A stretch of 64,000 bases of DNA. Source: Paraphysomonas bandaiensis (lineage: Eukaryota; Protista; Chrysophyceae). Below, in pieces: positions 48,303 through 61,505 of this stretch; the first letter of the stretch is position 1; every line of letters begins with the position of its first letter. The DNA is taken from the NCBI GenBank assembly GCA_965644295.1, contig CBFFRP010000297.1, positions 372,001 through 436,000 on the forward strand. Reading direction: 5' to 3'. The translations under genes and the position numbers were made by a program. The notes beneath the pieces were generated by a model that saw only the letters and a program-made list of their open reading frames with translations, made no database searches and had not been told where the DNA came from.

Positions 48303-48757
48303 CATACATACATACATACATACATACATACATACATACATACATACATACATACATACATACATACATACATACATACATACATACATACATACATACA
48401 TACATGCATACATACATACATACATACATACATACATACATACATACATACATACATACATACATACATACATACATACATACATACATACATACATACA
48501 TACATACATACATACATACATACATACATACATACATACATACATACATACATACATACATACATACATACATACATACATACATACAATACATACATAC
48601 ATACATACATACATACATACATACATACATACATACATACATACATACATACATACATACATACATACATACATACATACATACATACATACATACATAC
48701 ATACATACATACATACATACATACATACATACATACATACATACATACATACATACA
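48303..48757. repeat. (CATA)n microsatellite, ~455 bp
   Basis: Direct reading. Confidence 0.99.
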
Positions 48758-49382
48758 ATACATTGTGTTGAGGGCACAACATGTACACAGCAGTTGCACG
48801 GGAGAGATAAGATGTGTATAAGTCTCACAACTGTTGAATCACAATTCTTATATTGAGGAGAATCGAAAGAGTTACTATTATTCAACAACACAAACCGCAG
48901 TGAAAATTATGTCGTATTCGAAAAGATAGACGGAATGATTACCAGGAAGTACATTCAATCTACACTGAATTGACTGGAATTTAGTAATAAGAAAAATGCT
49001 TAAACGTCATCAGCATGCTTCTGATGACTTCATTTGAGATTTTGGCATAGGATTCAGGAAGAATATTTTACGTGAAAGCCGTGGACTTGTAATATATGGA
49101 CGACCTCGTCGATTAATTTGTTTGTAATGGGCAATTGTTGTGATGTAGTTCACTTCAGTATCAGGAATGAAATGCTTCTAAGAGGTCAGATACCGTGATA
49201 TGAAGCATGTGCCACTCATAATGTTAAGTTTCTTCAATTTTAAATTGATAACTACCAATTAACTAATTATAGACTACAGTTTTTCATTTCCGAAAACACA
49301 ATACATATGACAACATATCGTCGAGTGACATACAATATTAATGCCACACATTTCAGCCAACAAAACACGTGAATTGCATTAG

Positions 49383-52001
49383 CTAAGCTTGGTCACTTAG
49401 GAGAACCTGACTAGAATCAGCAGCATCATGGTCCACCGAGCTGCTACCTGGATACTGCTGGATCTCTATGGCAGACTCTCTTCGTCCCCGTCCTTCTTGG
49501 TCTCTAGGGGATTCCATTTCCAAAATAGCAGCCATCTCATCGTCAGCTTCATCTGGGACACGGTCAATGAGCTTTGACACAATGAAATCTGTCCGCTCTT
49601 TTTGAATCGTAAACTCTCGAGACTCATCTGGGATGAGATAAGCAACGAGATACATCAGCACGAACATGACCCACTGATATCCCACAAATATCCTGTTTAA
49701 CACGTCACATACAAATACGAAAACAAGTGTAGTAAAATATGCATGCATCTCCTCACCAAATTCTAGTGCTCAGTTTGAAACCATCCAGACATTGCATTGT
49801 GAAACAAACAAGACCAGCGTTGGTTACGACTGAAACGATGGCAATCGCTGTAAATACTTCCTGCCAAGCACCCCAGTCCTCTGCTACCTTGGGAATTGGT
49901 CGCTGAAAAAACTGAAACAAATGTTATCTCAAACGTACCACTATATCATTATCAGGTTCGACTCACCGATATCAACTTCCATGCATCAACTTTTATTTCC
50001 ACAAAGTTGTAAATCATGGCTACAAACGTAGCAATAGGAAGAGCACTGATGAAGACCGTCATCAGTCCGAATTGCACCGCCGTTTCAGCGTACTCCTGTC
50101 AACAATACTAAGGTTACTCAATCTACGACTCGATGAATTGTGTGCATCTACTGATGTTCGAGTGGGTACAGTACCTTTAAAACAGCCATGCTCACATCAT
50201 ACTCTTGTAGGAGATATTGCTCCTCGGGAGGAGTCATTATTTTTTTCGCTTCTTTCTCGGCGCGCCGAATCCCCTTCTTACCGGCCTCCTCGGCCTCTGT
50301 ACCTTCGATATTCTCTCTAACTTTGCGTGCATTGTATATATAAGGAGTAAGCAGTTCTACGAAATTGTTAACTGTCAGGTTCATAAAAAATATAATTCCT
50401 AAGTTCGTCGAGAGGGGTACCATGCAGTCAGCGTTCCCACATTCCCCCACATAGTCGCCTTGAGGGCCGTCATCGTCCAGTTGCGGAGGGCGAGGAACAT
50501 AGGGAGCAACGAAAGCGAGAAAGTAAAATGATGCATACGAGTTAACAAACTGGAAAATAAACAGCTTTGCAATCATACTATCGTCAAATGACGTAGCAGT
50601 CCTGTGGTTTTCTCTTATGGTTAATTGTCTAGCAACCCAATTGTAAATCATGTTGAATATCACAATCTGAATAGAATTCAGAGCTGACGCAACAATAGAC
50701 GCATTGCCCCCAATACTGGTGTACAATTGAAATCTCAAGACATATATAGCTGACACGAACCCAACTACCACAAGCACAAGTGTATTTATCACTGCCGTGG
50801 ACTGGAAGAGCAAACAATCTCGCTTGAAAGGTGAAAAATAGAGGATATCCTGTCCATCAATGTAGCTCTTGATCCGTTTACCTTTGAAGTCCGGACGCTC
50901 AGGTTCTTCTGCTTCAAATCCCATAGTTCCCCATTCAAGAGACATTTGCTTCTGTCGTCGCTTCCATAGTTCTAGTAACACAATGACCCTATGTCTAGCA
51001 TTAGTGTGCAGCATGACGTGGTGATGCCCAATTGCAATACGTACCAGATATTGATCATGACACTGTAGAATGGTAACACAGGATCTACAGGATGTAGTTA
51101 GAGGAGACAGGTACAAAATTGAAGAACTTACGAGACCAGTTCCCAGTGCACCACACAATAATCTGAAAAATGAGACCGAGGATGCCTGGTAGTATAAGGA
51201 GGCGAGTGTAGCTGGTCATGAAAAGGAAATACAAGGCTATCTTCTCGCCGAAATACTCCTTCAAAATGTCGATGTTTGCTCTCCAAGGAATAGAATACCA
51301 TTTAACCCACTCGGCTTCAATTTTTTTGAGCTTGTGCTTCTGGTGATTAGGGTACATGGCTAGCATCTGTTTATTAGCCAGCATCTTCTCTAGCCGTAGA
51401 TTGCAGCCGCCAAAGCGCCCAGGAGCCTGCAATAAGTAGTATGTAAGTTTCAATCGGACACTGCGCTTGAAGGGGTGACCAAGACGCTCAGTGTGGTAGT
51501 AGATTTCCTTCGGAAGGCTCGTATCAAACTTTCCATATATGAACTCATACGGACTCATTGAGGAATACTGTCGATCGTCAGTTATGTGGATAGGAGCGAT
51601 ATTAGACTCAGGAAACCCCGCCTCACACATTTCACGGGACACAGTCGGATCTAGCTGAAGGCGGAAGTTAATTGCATCTGCATAAACTTCCAGTTTCTTC
51701 ATTGGGCATCTCAGGAGCACAAAGAGCTGCACATGCGGTCAGTAAAGTCACGGTAGCACACGCACAGCGACCTCATTTTTCTGTACAGAGAGATAGGAAA
51801 ATGTTTCGAAGCCTCTCTGCTTCACTCTCTTCATAAAAAATTCTGCTGTATTAGTCATTCGACCATTTTCTTTAACGGGAAAGACGGCCACATAGTCCTA
51901 CAACATAAACTACATGTCACCCAACCACACACACGATGCATCAATCAACTCACATATTCCGTAGAAAACTCTTTCTCAGTGTCATCGCCTAAAGGAGCCA
52001 T
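49383..52001 (-). CDS. Anoctamin/TMEM16 family protein, multi-exon
   Basis: KEYFGEKIALYFLF, LELWKRRQ, ENHRT, KLFIFQFVNSYASFYFLAF, VEIKVDAWK, QRPIPKVAEDWGAW, IPDE. Confidence 0.92.
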
Positions 52002-52555
52002 GACAAGGTTGAAAAAGTGATGACAATCTGCAGTGTGTTTAAGTTAATCTTCAATGAAGTGACTGCAACACTGCAGATGGAAGCTGCTGTGCGTAGACCT
52101 ACGCGCACGTATACGGTGCCTGTAGCCAGATACAGCACTGTCGTATACTGGATCTTCTATATGTGCGTACACAACTGATCCCCCACAGCAACACCCTCCC
52201 CATATAGTGCTGTAGTAGTACACAAACAAGGGAATAGTGTAGTACATATATACGTATACCACGTATACAGAAAATACGTACGGATCTATTATTGCACAGA
52301 AATACACAAATACACCTATCCTACAGTACGTATACCACCATAATCTCGGATGGAAAATTATTTCGAGAAGAACGTTCTCATGAATATTTCATACGTGGGT
52401 TTGAAGTGCGATGCTGAAAATTTCCCCTAACGGACCTCACGTATGCACAGGATGGCATGATTTGAGTAGAGGATACGCACATACATACATACATACATAG
52501 ATAGCCACTAACACCCCATATATATATATATCGACCATAACTCAATAACTCAAAC

Positions 52556-55435
52556 ATGATCCGTCTACTGTCTTATGCAGTCGCAATAGCGACCCTGCAG
52601 TGTACCATTGCGGATCAGGGCTACTATGAGGTAGTGGATGATGACTATCCAGGCTCTATAGCCTCCCCGTACAACCGACTGTCTCGTGTAGACAGAGAAG
52701 ACGATCATGTGAAGGAAGTGGAGTTACCATTTCCTTTTCCTTTCTTTGGGAAGGAGTTCAACTATGCCTATATATCAACTAATGGTTTAATTAATTTCGG
52801 TAGCGGTGCTGTTGATTCGGATACGATCTCGCAGCATAACGCTAAAGCTAAACTTAACTCAGCATCGAAGGGCAAAGAAAGGGAGGTTCATGTTGAGTCA
52901 GAGCTTGCGAGTGACTTACATATCGTTGTGCTTCAACGACATCTTTCCACTGCTGATGTTGAGTCGTTAGTTTCGCAAACTCGAACCCATCACGGCAGTT
53001 CTTCTCGTCCTCTTTTTAGTGCGGAAGTGGTTCACACCCACCCCAACCTCCGTATGTTCACAGTGCGATCTCCAAGTAAGGAAGCTGCAAAGTTTCTTTC
53101 TGACCACGAACACGTGCTAGCTGTTCACGAGGACAGAGAGGTATCTGCAGTGGGTAACCTTCGCACTTCCTCAATTCAGAAAGAGAGTGTTGGTGACGCT
53201 GTTCTAATGCGTTCCAGGGAATTAAAATCCAATCCTTACTCATGGGGTTTGGACCGCATCGATCAGGCTGATCTTCCACTCGACGAAGAAACATACGTGC
53301 CTTCTGATAGTTCCCGTGGCGGTGAGGGGGTCAGTGTGTATGTCGTAGACACTGGTCTGGATACCACCCACAATGAGTTTGCCAATACTGATGACCGTGA
53401 GGTACTCAACAAATTCAATTACTTCGGAGGGTTGTCAGCGAACACGGATCAGCAAGGTCACGGGACTCATTGTGCAGGGACTGCTGCTGGTATCAACGTT
53501 GGGGTCGCTCCAAATGCCGACTTATATGGTGTCAAAGTTCTCGACGACGATGGACGTGGGTCTACTACAAGCGTGGTTGCGGGCTTAGAATATGTCCTTA
53601 GTCAGAAGCAAAGCAACCCAAATGTTCACATGGTAGTATCCATGTCACTGGGTGGGTCATGTGGCGGTAATTGCGCAACTGATCCTATTAATCTTGCTGT
53701 GGAAGATCTTGCTGCGCACAAAGTTGTGAGTGCGGTTGCTGCAGGTAACGATGAAAGCGATGCGTGCTCGTACTCTCCTGCTTCTGCCACTTCTGCGCTC
53801 ACTGTGGGATCCTCTAAAGACAACGATGACCGCTCTGGATTTTCAAATTTTGGATCCTGTATTGATATATTTGCCCCGGGCTCTGATATTACTAGTGCGT
53901 CTATTTCTAGAAATGATAGATATGAGACATGGTCTGGGACTTCAATGGCAACTCCACATGTGGCAGGTGTCGTGGCTCTCTGGCTTGCACAGACCGAGAA
54001 TTCAGACCCATCACCATCAGCAAATGATGTCATGGCTGCTGTACAATGTTCTGCTCTGAAAGGCGTTGTGGATGATTCGAGATCCGCCCTTAATCTGCTC
54101 CTACAGGTTCCTCCTGAAGACGTTTCATCTCTTGGTGATGTTGATTGCGGAGAGTGTGAGGAAGTGGATGGTCACGTGTGTTCTGGTCATGGAACGTGTC
54201 TTTTTGGTTCCTGCTCTTGTGAATCTGGGTACTCTGGAGAATCGTGTGAGACATACAGAGAGGAATGGCTCGATGAGGACTTCTGCTGCTCTGGAGGTGA
54301 CCTTAGCAGCGACACTCCGCCCTACAACTCTATTGCTGTGCTATGGACGGATCTAAATCCTGAAAGTCGCGGAGTAATTTTGTATGGGAAATTGAGCGAC
54401 ACGAAATTCGCAGTTGTGTACAAAAATGTGGCTGCTTATGGTAACCGTAATTGTTTCAGTAGGATAGAGGTTGTACTTCATGCAGATGGGCAAATAGACT
54501 ACAATAACCTCTACTCAAAGATTGGAAACAGTTGCACGTCATCCTTCGATGATGATATTACTGTTGGTATTAAGGGGCCGAAGCCCAACGATGGGGAAGT
54601 TTTACACGAAACAATTTTCGGCCCGGCAACCAGTGGTCTAGAGTACAGGTTTTACAAGCGCTTTATCCCGATTGCCAACCCGCCAACTTCTTCTCCATCC
54701 ACCCCTGATCCCACCCCAGCTCCTACTACATCTACTCCTTCACTCAGTCCGTCAACTTCAGTTCCTACTGTGTCTCACGCCCCGACTTCTGCTCCCACAT
54801 TTTCCCCAACTGTGAGCCCTACAGTGGTCCCAACTTTGAGTCCGACGTTTTCTCCTACAGCGGCTCCCACAGTGCAACCGTCCATTGATCTAAGGTTTGA
54901 TTGGGATGAGTTTGAAGCCAGGGGTGGTGGCAACACTCATGTTTTCACACAATGGGGTACTAATCGTATGCAGGGGGTACAGAAGTGTTCAGTGCTGTCT
55001 GAGGAACCTAACAACAAGTGGTTAGTGCTGCCTACTTCCGGGGCGATATACACACCCACAGAAGATGGTATTCTATCCGGATTCGCAAGCGTTCTCTATC
55101 AGAAAGTTACTCTCCCTATGGAAACGACAGTGGTGAACATCAATTTCGGAAATGACGAGCATTCCTTTGAGTGGTCTCAGAGTCTGTATGAGAATTCCTA
55201 TATCTTTCAGCTACTAACGGAAACAGATGAATCCTTTTCCACAGGAGGAGCGCGAGAATACTTTGATATTGCATGGCAGTTGAATCTTGCCAACCTCTAT
55301 GACGCATCATTTGAAAAACATTCTTTTGCTGCGGGATCCGGTTATTGGTTTGAGATTCAGATTAAGCAAGGCAATACAGTGCACGACTGCACACGAATGG
55401 AAGACTTGGAAATTCGCCCTTCCGCAACAGCATAG
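52556..55435 (+). CDS. Secreted subtilisin-like (S8) protease with I9-like prodomain, EGF-like domain, split NIDO-like domain and PT-rich linker; intronless
   Basis: Signal peptide; triad [23 protein letters not shown]; SWGLDRIDQ; [19 protein letters not shown]; PT repeats. Confidence 0.93.
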   Translation: MIRLLSYAVAIATLQCTIADQGYYEVVDDDYPGSIASPYNRLSRVDREDDHVKEVELPFPFPFFGKEFNYAYISTNGLINFGSGAVDSDTISQHNAKAKLNSASKGKEREVHVESELASDLHIVVLQRHLSTADVESLVSQTRTHHGSSSRPLFSAEVVHTHPNLRMFTVRSPSKEAAKFLSDHEHVLAVHEDREVSAVGNLRTSSIQKESVGDAVLMRSRELKSNPYSWGLDRIDQADLPLDEETYVPSDSSRGGEGVSVYVVDTGLDTTHNEFANTDDREVLNKFNYFGGLSANTDQQGHGTHCAGTAAGINVGVAPNADLYGVKVLDDDGRGSTTSVVAGLEYVLSQKQSNPNVHMVVSMSLGGSCGGNCATDPINLAVEDLAAHKVVSAVAAGNDESDACSYSPASATSALTVGSSKDNDDRSGFSNFGSCIDIFAPGSDITSASISRNDRYETWSGTSMATPHVAGVVALWLAQTENSDPSPSANDVMAAVQCSALKGVVDDSRSALNLLLQVPPEDVSSLGDVDCGECEEVDGHVCSGHGTCLFGSCSCESGYSGESCETYREEWLDEDFCCSGGDLSSDTPPYNSIAVLWTDLNPESRGVILYGKLSDTKFAVVYKNVAAYGNRNCFSRIEVVLHADGQIDYNNLYSKIGNSCTSSFDDDITVGIKGPKPNDGEVLHETIFGPATSGLEYRFYKRFIPIANPPTSSPSTPDPTPAPTTSTPSLSPSTSVPTVSHAPTSAPTFSPTVSPTVVPTLSPTFSPTAAPTVQPSIDLRFDWDEFEARGGGNTHVFTQWGTNRMQGVQKCSVLSEEPNNKWLVLPTSGAIYTPTEDGILSGFASVLYQKVTLPMETTVVNINFGNDEHSFEWSQSLYENSYIFQLLTETDESFSTGGAREYFDIAWQLNLANLYDASFEKHSFAAGSGYWFEIQIKQGNTVHDCTRMEDLEIRPSATA

Positions 55436-55719
55436 TCCGTGGAGTAAAGTTATTCAGTTATGAACTGAATTCGACGACACTAATGAATGACATGACTATA
55501 TAGACTCTGTACACGAAATACGTCACAAATTTGTAGTGCCCTGGAAGTTAACTTCATGGGCGAGCATTGATAATCACTTATAATTTAAAAGTTATCAAAT
55601 TGATTTGGTGTTTGAGTTTGTCTCATTTCTGTGAGGGGGACATCGTGTTCTCGTTATTTCGGATATAACCCTGAATCGAAACATGTATAGCGTATAGCAA
55701 TGGTATAAGGTTTATGATT

Positions 55720-55759
55720 TAGTTATATTTAACCACAGGCTTTAAGGAGGCTATCGTCC
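55720..55759 (+). repeat. Truncated left end of the 29131 element
   Basis: tagttatatttaaccac.gg...taaggaggcta..tcgtcc. Confidence 0.7.
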
Positions 55760-55834
55760 AAGGTCGCAATATGGCAATATTATCTCTATAGCTAATGTAA
55801 TGTTCTATTGAACCAACAACAAGTATATATAACT

Positions 55835-56578
55835 CAGGGGTAGGGAACAATATATTGTGAAATAGAGTGATTGGTGGACTGTTCAAATATTCCGTCAACC
55901 ATCAATATAGTTTCTGTTAAAGTAGAGCTCACAATATATTGCAATCAATATTATATATTATGATAGTCATATAGAGAAGATTCTTAACTGTAGGGTAAAA
56001 AATATAAGTCCATGCATGTATATAAATCTCCGCTCAAGCTGAAGTTGGCTATGCGGAGAAACTTCTTTAATACAGCTCTAAAATTGAAGAAACGGGAAGT
56101 TGAAACATCTAAGTCCAGGTGCACGAGTCATGTAGTATGTACTTCCAACAACACATGTGAACGCCTGTTCAGCGCAAGAAAACTGATTATATCAGTGTTG
56201 CGCAAACGTATGCATCCTACTACACTTAATATGCTGTTGTGTCTGAAAGCTAACCGACAGTTGTGAACGGATGCAAGCATATTTCAATTAATATTGGATG
56301 CATATGGTGATGATGATGTCACCGATGATGGCTCAGATGATGAGTGTGAGGAAACTTTTAATCAGCTAAGAGTAGTGGGTCTGATTATCAAGTGGCCTTA
56401 GACCTTATAATGACAAGTACTAAAAACTAAGGATGTGTTTACTTACAGATTAGTCACATACTAATATATGGCAATATATTGCAGTATAGTATTGTAGGGC
56501 CGGTTTAAAAACTCCATCAATACTTTTGATGGAACGCTATCTAACAATAGTATTGCAGTATATTTTCCCCTATCCCTG
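55835..56578 (+). mobile_element. Non-autonomous hAT transposon with a dimerisation-domain remnant (56012-56266)
   Basis: Imperfect TIR caggggtagggaacaatatattg / cagtatattttcccctatccctg. 8-bp TSD atataact at 55827-55834 and 56579-56586. Peptide TSNNTCERLFS...LCLKANRQL. Confidence 0.9.
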
Positions 56579-58087
56579 ATATAACTGTTTTGAACATCCT
56601 CTTTGTCCTGTTCTTCCTGTAAAGAATTCTAAACCACACGATTAATTTATTGATTGTACCACAACATCGTATCATACTGTAGAACTCAACAATTATCATG
56701 TTATCATTCATTACATCGTGCTATGCCGATTGGATTCACTTGATATTTGATAGTATACATTCGTAGTATTTCAGGTTTAGTACATTTTATAGCATTTCAT
56801 TTAGTTTATATATATAATGGGAAATATTATTCAACCTAGCATTTTTGGTTGAATTGCCTAGTCACACTCGTTTTGGTGTAAATATCTAGTCAAAGTAATA
56901 AATGATTCTTCCTACTAGTCAATTCTAGTTATTATAACAACTTAATCATGAATTGTATTAAAGAACAATGAAGTTTTACAGCAGGCTAAAAGTGAAATCA
57001 ACGCAGCATAATAGATCAGGTTGAAGCAAAGTATAAGGACAGAAAGAGAAATATTTTAAAGTAGCATAGACACAGGACTCTACAGCTCAAGTAGCATATA
57101 GACAGGACTCCACTCTTCTTCGTTCTCTGAACAAGGTATTCATATATTTCTTCAAGATCCCTTCGAACCAAACGTCATGAAATCTTGCCGTCTGGGGGTT
57201 ATCAGTGTCAGTTATGTTTATATAAATTACAATGCACTGATATGACAACAACATGGAACGACCTCACACACGCACAAAACAACATACTGAAATTGTTGGT
57301 TAGGATTTGCAGTTATTTTGATATTATATATCGTAGCTGAAAGATTCAACCAATTAGACTACTTTGAATAATAGATCCCTTATACAATATCGTCTTTTAC
57401 TATTGTATTATTTACCATCGGTTACATTTCAAAAACAATAAACTACAGTACTTAATGTGCAAAGTATATGTTTTTTGTTAGGTATATAGTAAAAGTAAGT
57501 TAGTACGTATATATATATTTACACCACAGTGACAGCCTCTGACAACAGGAATTGTGGTACCAGAATCTGATCACTATAAGTATAATATATTATATATATA
57601 TTATGATAACCTTTGTTAAATAATATCGTAGTTGGTACATATATACTAGTGGGTATTTTCACTCTGATTCCCATGAAGTCGAGGTAATACCAAAACCTGG
57701 TGAAATGTATAACACCTGGTGAAATTTTTGATGATGGTTGGAAAAGGGTATAACTATGCACAATATAAGTAACTATGAAGATATTATCAGTGTGAAAAGT
57801 ATTATTTATAATATTTTTGCTAATTTCTTCCATACTACTTCAGTTTTACAGCTATAAAAGTCACCGACTACACATATATATTACATACAGTTCACAAGTA
57901 TGAACTATAACCATCTCACTACAGTATACACCACTTTACCATCTATCTCACTATACACCCATACATCAGCTCACTATACACCCATATCACATCATATTAC
58001 TATGCATCACTATATTATACCACTATACCATCTCACTATAATGGTTTATGGTTCTATGGTTATTTCATTGGTTGGATATCAACTTAA

Positions 58088-58294
58088 ACCTACTAAATTT
58101 CCGTTTGTTCCTACTAAAAACTAAAAATGATATTTGAGCCTAGGCGAATTATATTCTTAGCTTCGTAGGAATGTCTGAAAAAATTAGTAGACTCAGCTGC
58201 CATTTTATATTTAATATAAGAGCGTCATTTTATTAGCAGAAACTAAGACACTTTCTAGTTTATAGTAGAGGAATACCGGTAAAATTTAGTAGGG
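58088..58294. mobile_element. Putative MITE
   Basis: Imperfect ~40-bp inverted repeats cctactaaatttccg / cggtaaaatttagtagg; no clear TSD. Confidence 0.45.
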
Positions 58295-59512
58295 AGATAT
58301 ATATTACCGTATTGAAGCTAGTATTTAATATTAGAGTTCATTACTACAAAAACTGTTGGTTTGCCTTGGTAGACTGCCTTGCATTACTTTGTACTTTCTA
58401 GTTTATGATAACTTACTATCGTTTGTTTACTCTGGGTCCTGTTACTTACAGTCGCGATGTGGTAGGGTCTCTTCACAAGACAACAACCATGTCAGACTAC
58501 TGGTACCGACATGGTTGCTAGCAGATAGAAGAGCCATACCATATGATTCTTGCAACATGCTAACATAATGGCGACATACGTCTCTACTAGACGCGAATGC
58601 AAATAAGAAACATATGAAAATGCCACGTAATCGGTCCACGTAAGAATTCGTAGCTTGGGGTAATATATAGATGGAGTTTATATATTACATTAGTTTTGAA
58701 GGTAGACATGTAGTCCTACGAGAGAGAATTGTTCCATGGATAAACCAAAGGACAAAATGCCTTGACTGAAAGAATTATATGACACTTTTATATTATACTA
58801 GAAAAACAAACAGCATATTGTATTTAGGTATTTTCATTTAGTGTGATATATTCGTAGTTGTCGAAGTTTCAATAGTGTTTTTTCTAAAATATATAATCCA
58901 CTATATTGATGACTCGTAGTGAACTACTCACGGACGCTATAATCACTACTTAATTGAAAATCATTGAACAGGAGTATGTAAAAAGTAATTTACAATGCTT
59001 TTATCTTTGTTGAAAGTCACTCTCGTCATCAGAATCATTCACCTTTCCTTCATTATGTATATGTCTCTGTAAAATAGTATCAGATGGAGTGTTACCCGGA
59101 GGCCTGCCATCATCTCCATTGCTGATACTTATTGCTTGTGTACATGTAGTCAGCAACATATCACCATCTAACCAACGCATGTATTCTCCCCCAGTTATAA
59201 CTGCTCCATCAACATCATTAGCATGTTATAGTAAACGCCTCTACACAATGTATGTATCACTGCTTGCAACCACAATGAGTCCTGTTGACATGTTGTGCAA
59301 TACGCCATCTGCAACTACACAGTTATAAGTATGGATAGGTAGGTAGATATGTATTGTTCCATATACGCAATGGAGGATTAGCTATGCCTTATCTACATGA
59401 CTCTGTTCATGTGTAGATGATGCTCCGTTGGATGGCTGCCTGCATGTGTGCGGTATGGATATGATGCATGGCCTGAGCGATGTACATATCTGGACAACAC
59501 ATCCATCTCATG

Positions 59513-59681
59513 GCTGTGTACCTGTGTACCTGTGTACCTGTCTGTATGCTGTGTACCTGTGTACCTGTGTACCTGTCTGTATGCTCTGGACCTGTGTACC
59601 TGTCTGTATGCTCTGTACCTGTGTACCTGTGTACCTGTCTGTATGCTCTGGACCTGTGTACCTGTGTACCTGTGTACCTGT
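59513..59681. repeat. Compound minisatellite built on a CTGTGTAC unit
   Basis: Repeated cctgtgta units interspersed with cctgtctgtatgct. Confidence 0.9.
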
Positions 59682-59913
59682 GCAGTATACCAATCCTCCG
59701 GCCCATACACCAAAGTTGGGCCTGAACGGTATACCACAGTATACAGTGTAGAACAGTTGTGGTCGCATGTGTTTTCAGGTCGAAACACATAGCGCTCTCT
59801 TAACATCACCAACCGATCGTTTCTTGCATAATTCATTGGCCTGTACAGTCCACTAGACGAGGTAGGGAGTAATCTGACTTGGTTCCATTATTGGCCACTT
59901 GTAGTTTTACCCA

Positions 59914-60807
59914 ATGCTGTCCCAGGAGGTACATGTTAAGCCCTTGTCCTATAACAAAGAGCTCATTAGCTCTTCATGTGCGGGACTATTCGCTGGTGCT
60001 TGCGGTGTATTTGTGGGATATCCTTTTGATACTATGAAAGTTAAACTGCAGTCTGTTAGTGGTTCTGGAGCACCTGCTGAGGTTGTCTCGTATAATATTG
60101 CTGGCATGAGAGCTCTCTATAGAGGCCTCATGATCCCTATGCTAACCGCTGGTGGAATGCAGTCACTTAATTTTGGGATGTATGATACATTTAAGCGGAA
60201 TATACGCAACCGTGATAGCACTGTGAGTAATCTTAATGCGTCGTTTGCAGCTGGTGGGATTGCCGGTATGTTTTTGTCGACCCTCTCCACTCCTATCCAA
60301 TTGCTAAAGGTTCAAATGCAAACTCACCGACACCTTTCCCTCAGAGAGCTACTAGTAAGGGATATATATAAAAGTGGCCGATGGAGGGTTCTTTATAGAG
60401 GATTTGGAGTAACTGCTATATGTGATTCTGTGGGCAGAGGCTTTTACATGTATAGTTACGAAGCCGCCAAACATACCCTCGCTGTCGTCTGTAATATTTC
60501 TGATTCGACAAATGATAGACTGTTACCAATGCCCATTCGTATGGCGTCTGCGGCTTATGCAGGCATGATATCATGGTTGGTTCTCTACCCACTTGACACA
60601 CTAAAGACGCTCGTTCAGAGCAGTTACTCTGGCCCAGGCGCTATTTCCTATCTCCACCGCATTGTTACAACTGAAACGGGATTTGGAGCTGTAAAGGTGC
60701 TCTATAGGGGGTGTATGTATGCTGTAATAAGGGCAGCGCCCGTAGCTGCAACCATACTTCCCCTGTATGAATATGTTCAGCATAGGATGCTGGAGTGGTG
60801 CTCCTAG
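59914..60807 (+). CDS. Mitochondrial carrier (SLC25), carnitine/basic amino acid carrier-like; intronless
   Basis: Three carrier signatures PFDTMKVKLQ, PIQLLKVQMQ, PLDTLKTLVQ, each with LYRG. Confidence 0.92.
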   Translation: MLSQEVHVKPLSYNKELISSSCAGLFAGACGVFVGYPFDTMKVKLQSVSGSGAPAEVVSYNIAGMRALYRGLMIPMLTAGGMQSLNFGMYDTFKRNIRNRDSTVSNLNASFAAGGIAGMFLSTLSTPIQLLKVQMQTHRHLSLRELLVRDIYKSGRWRVLYRGFGVTAICDSVGRGFYMYSYEAAKHTLAVVCNISDSTNDRLLPMPIRMASAAYAGMISWLVLYPLDTLKTLVQSSYSGPGAISYLHRIVTTETGFGAVKVLYRGCMYAVIRAAPVAATILPLYEYVQHRMLEWCS

Positions 60808-61505
60808 TTGTCTACGAGGATAAGGTGTCGTGATTTCCGTATGAGGAATGCTTGTTGTAGATAAATATATAGGACAGTGTATGAGATCAGAGCCATACGT
60901 CCAATTTGTTTTAGTTATTTTTGTAAGTAGTTTAACTTCTTTGAAACTCTATTTCGAAAGGAGCGATATATACACAAAACCTTAGCGTTATAATACTACA
61001 TACTACCTGGCCTGCATGGAATATACGCGTGCATTTAACTGCTGATAATAGATGCAAATATATTTCAATAGTATTGTTGGGACTGTTGAAACAGTATTGC
61101 AATTAATTGTTACCCTTCTCTCTACGATGTACACCAGTGGGTATCTTGCATACTCAATGCAATAAAATGAATCTCCATAGGTTATTGAACATTGAACAAC
61201 TAATATTTCGGTCTTACTCTTCGAATCTTATGCTATTGTCGAGTGATAGCGTCATGTATTCATATACATTATACTGACATTGTCATCGTGCTGAAAACGG
61301 CATGCTCGTTGCAGTCAAAAACCTATACCGACATCCGACATACAACCATGTGCCTAACCATTGCTTCATCACACTGACATTGGCAATGTACTACATTGAA
61401 TGTAGTATTATGACGACTTACAATTCCAAGATTTCATTAAAATAAAATCTTAAATTGAATGTTATGCTCTTACGATATGGCCCAACCTTGAACTACTTCT
61501 ATAAT

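Noticed and set aside
56590-59330. Short ORFs and an LTR-like end (gtagaactcaaca at ~56690)
   Set aside because: No recognisable domain, TSD or complete LTR; probably old TE debris
59393-59836. Overlapping repetitive ORFs; CRISPR-like or telomere-like appearance
   Set aside because: Simple minisatellite with no unique spacers, internal position, eukaryotic context
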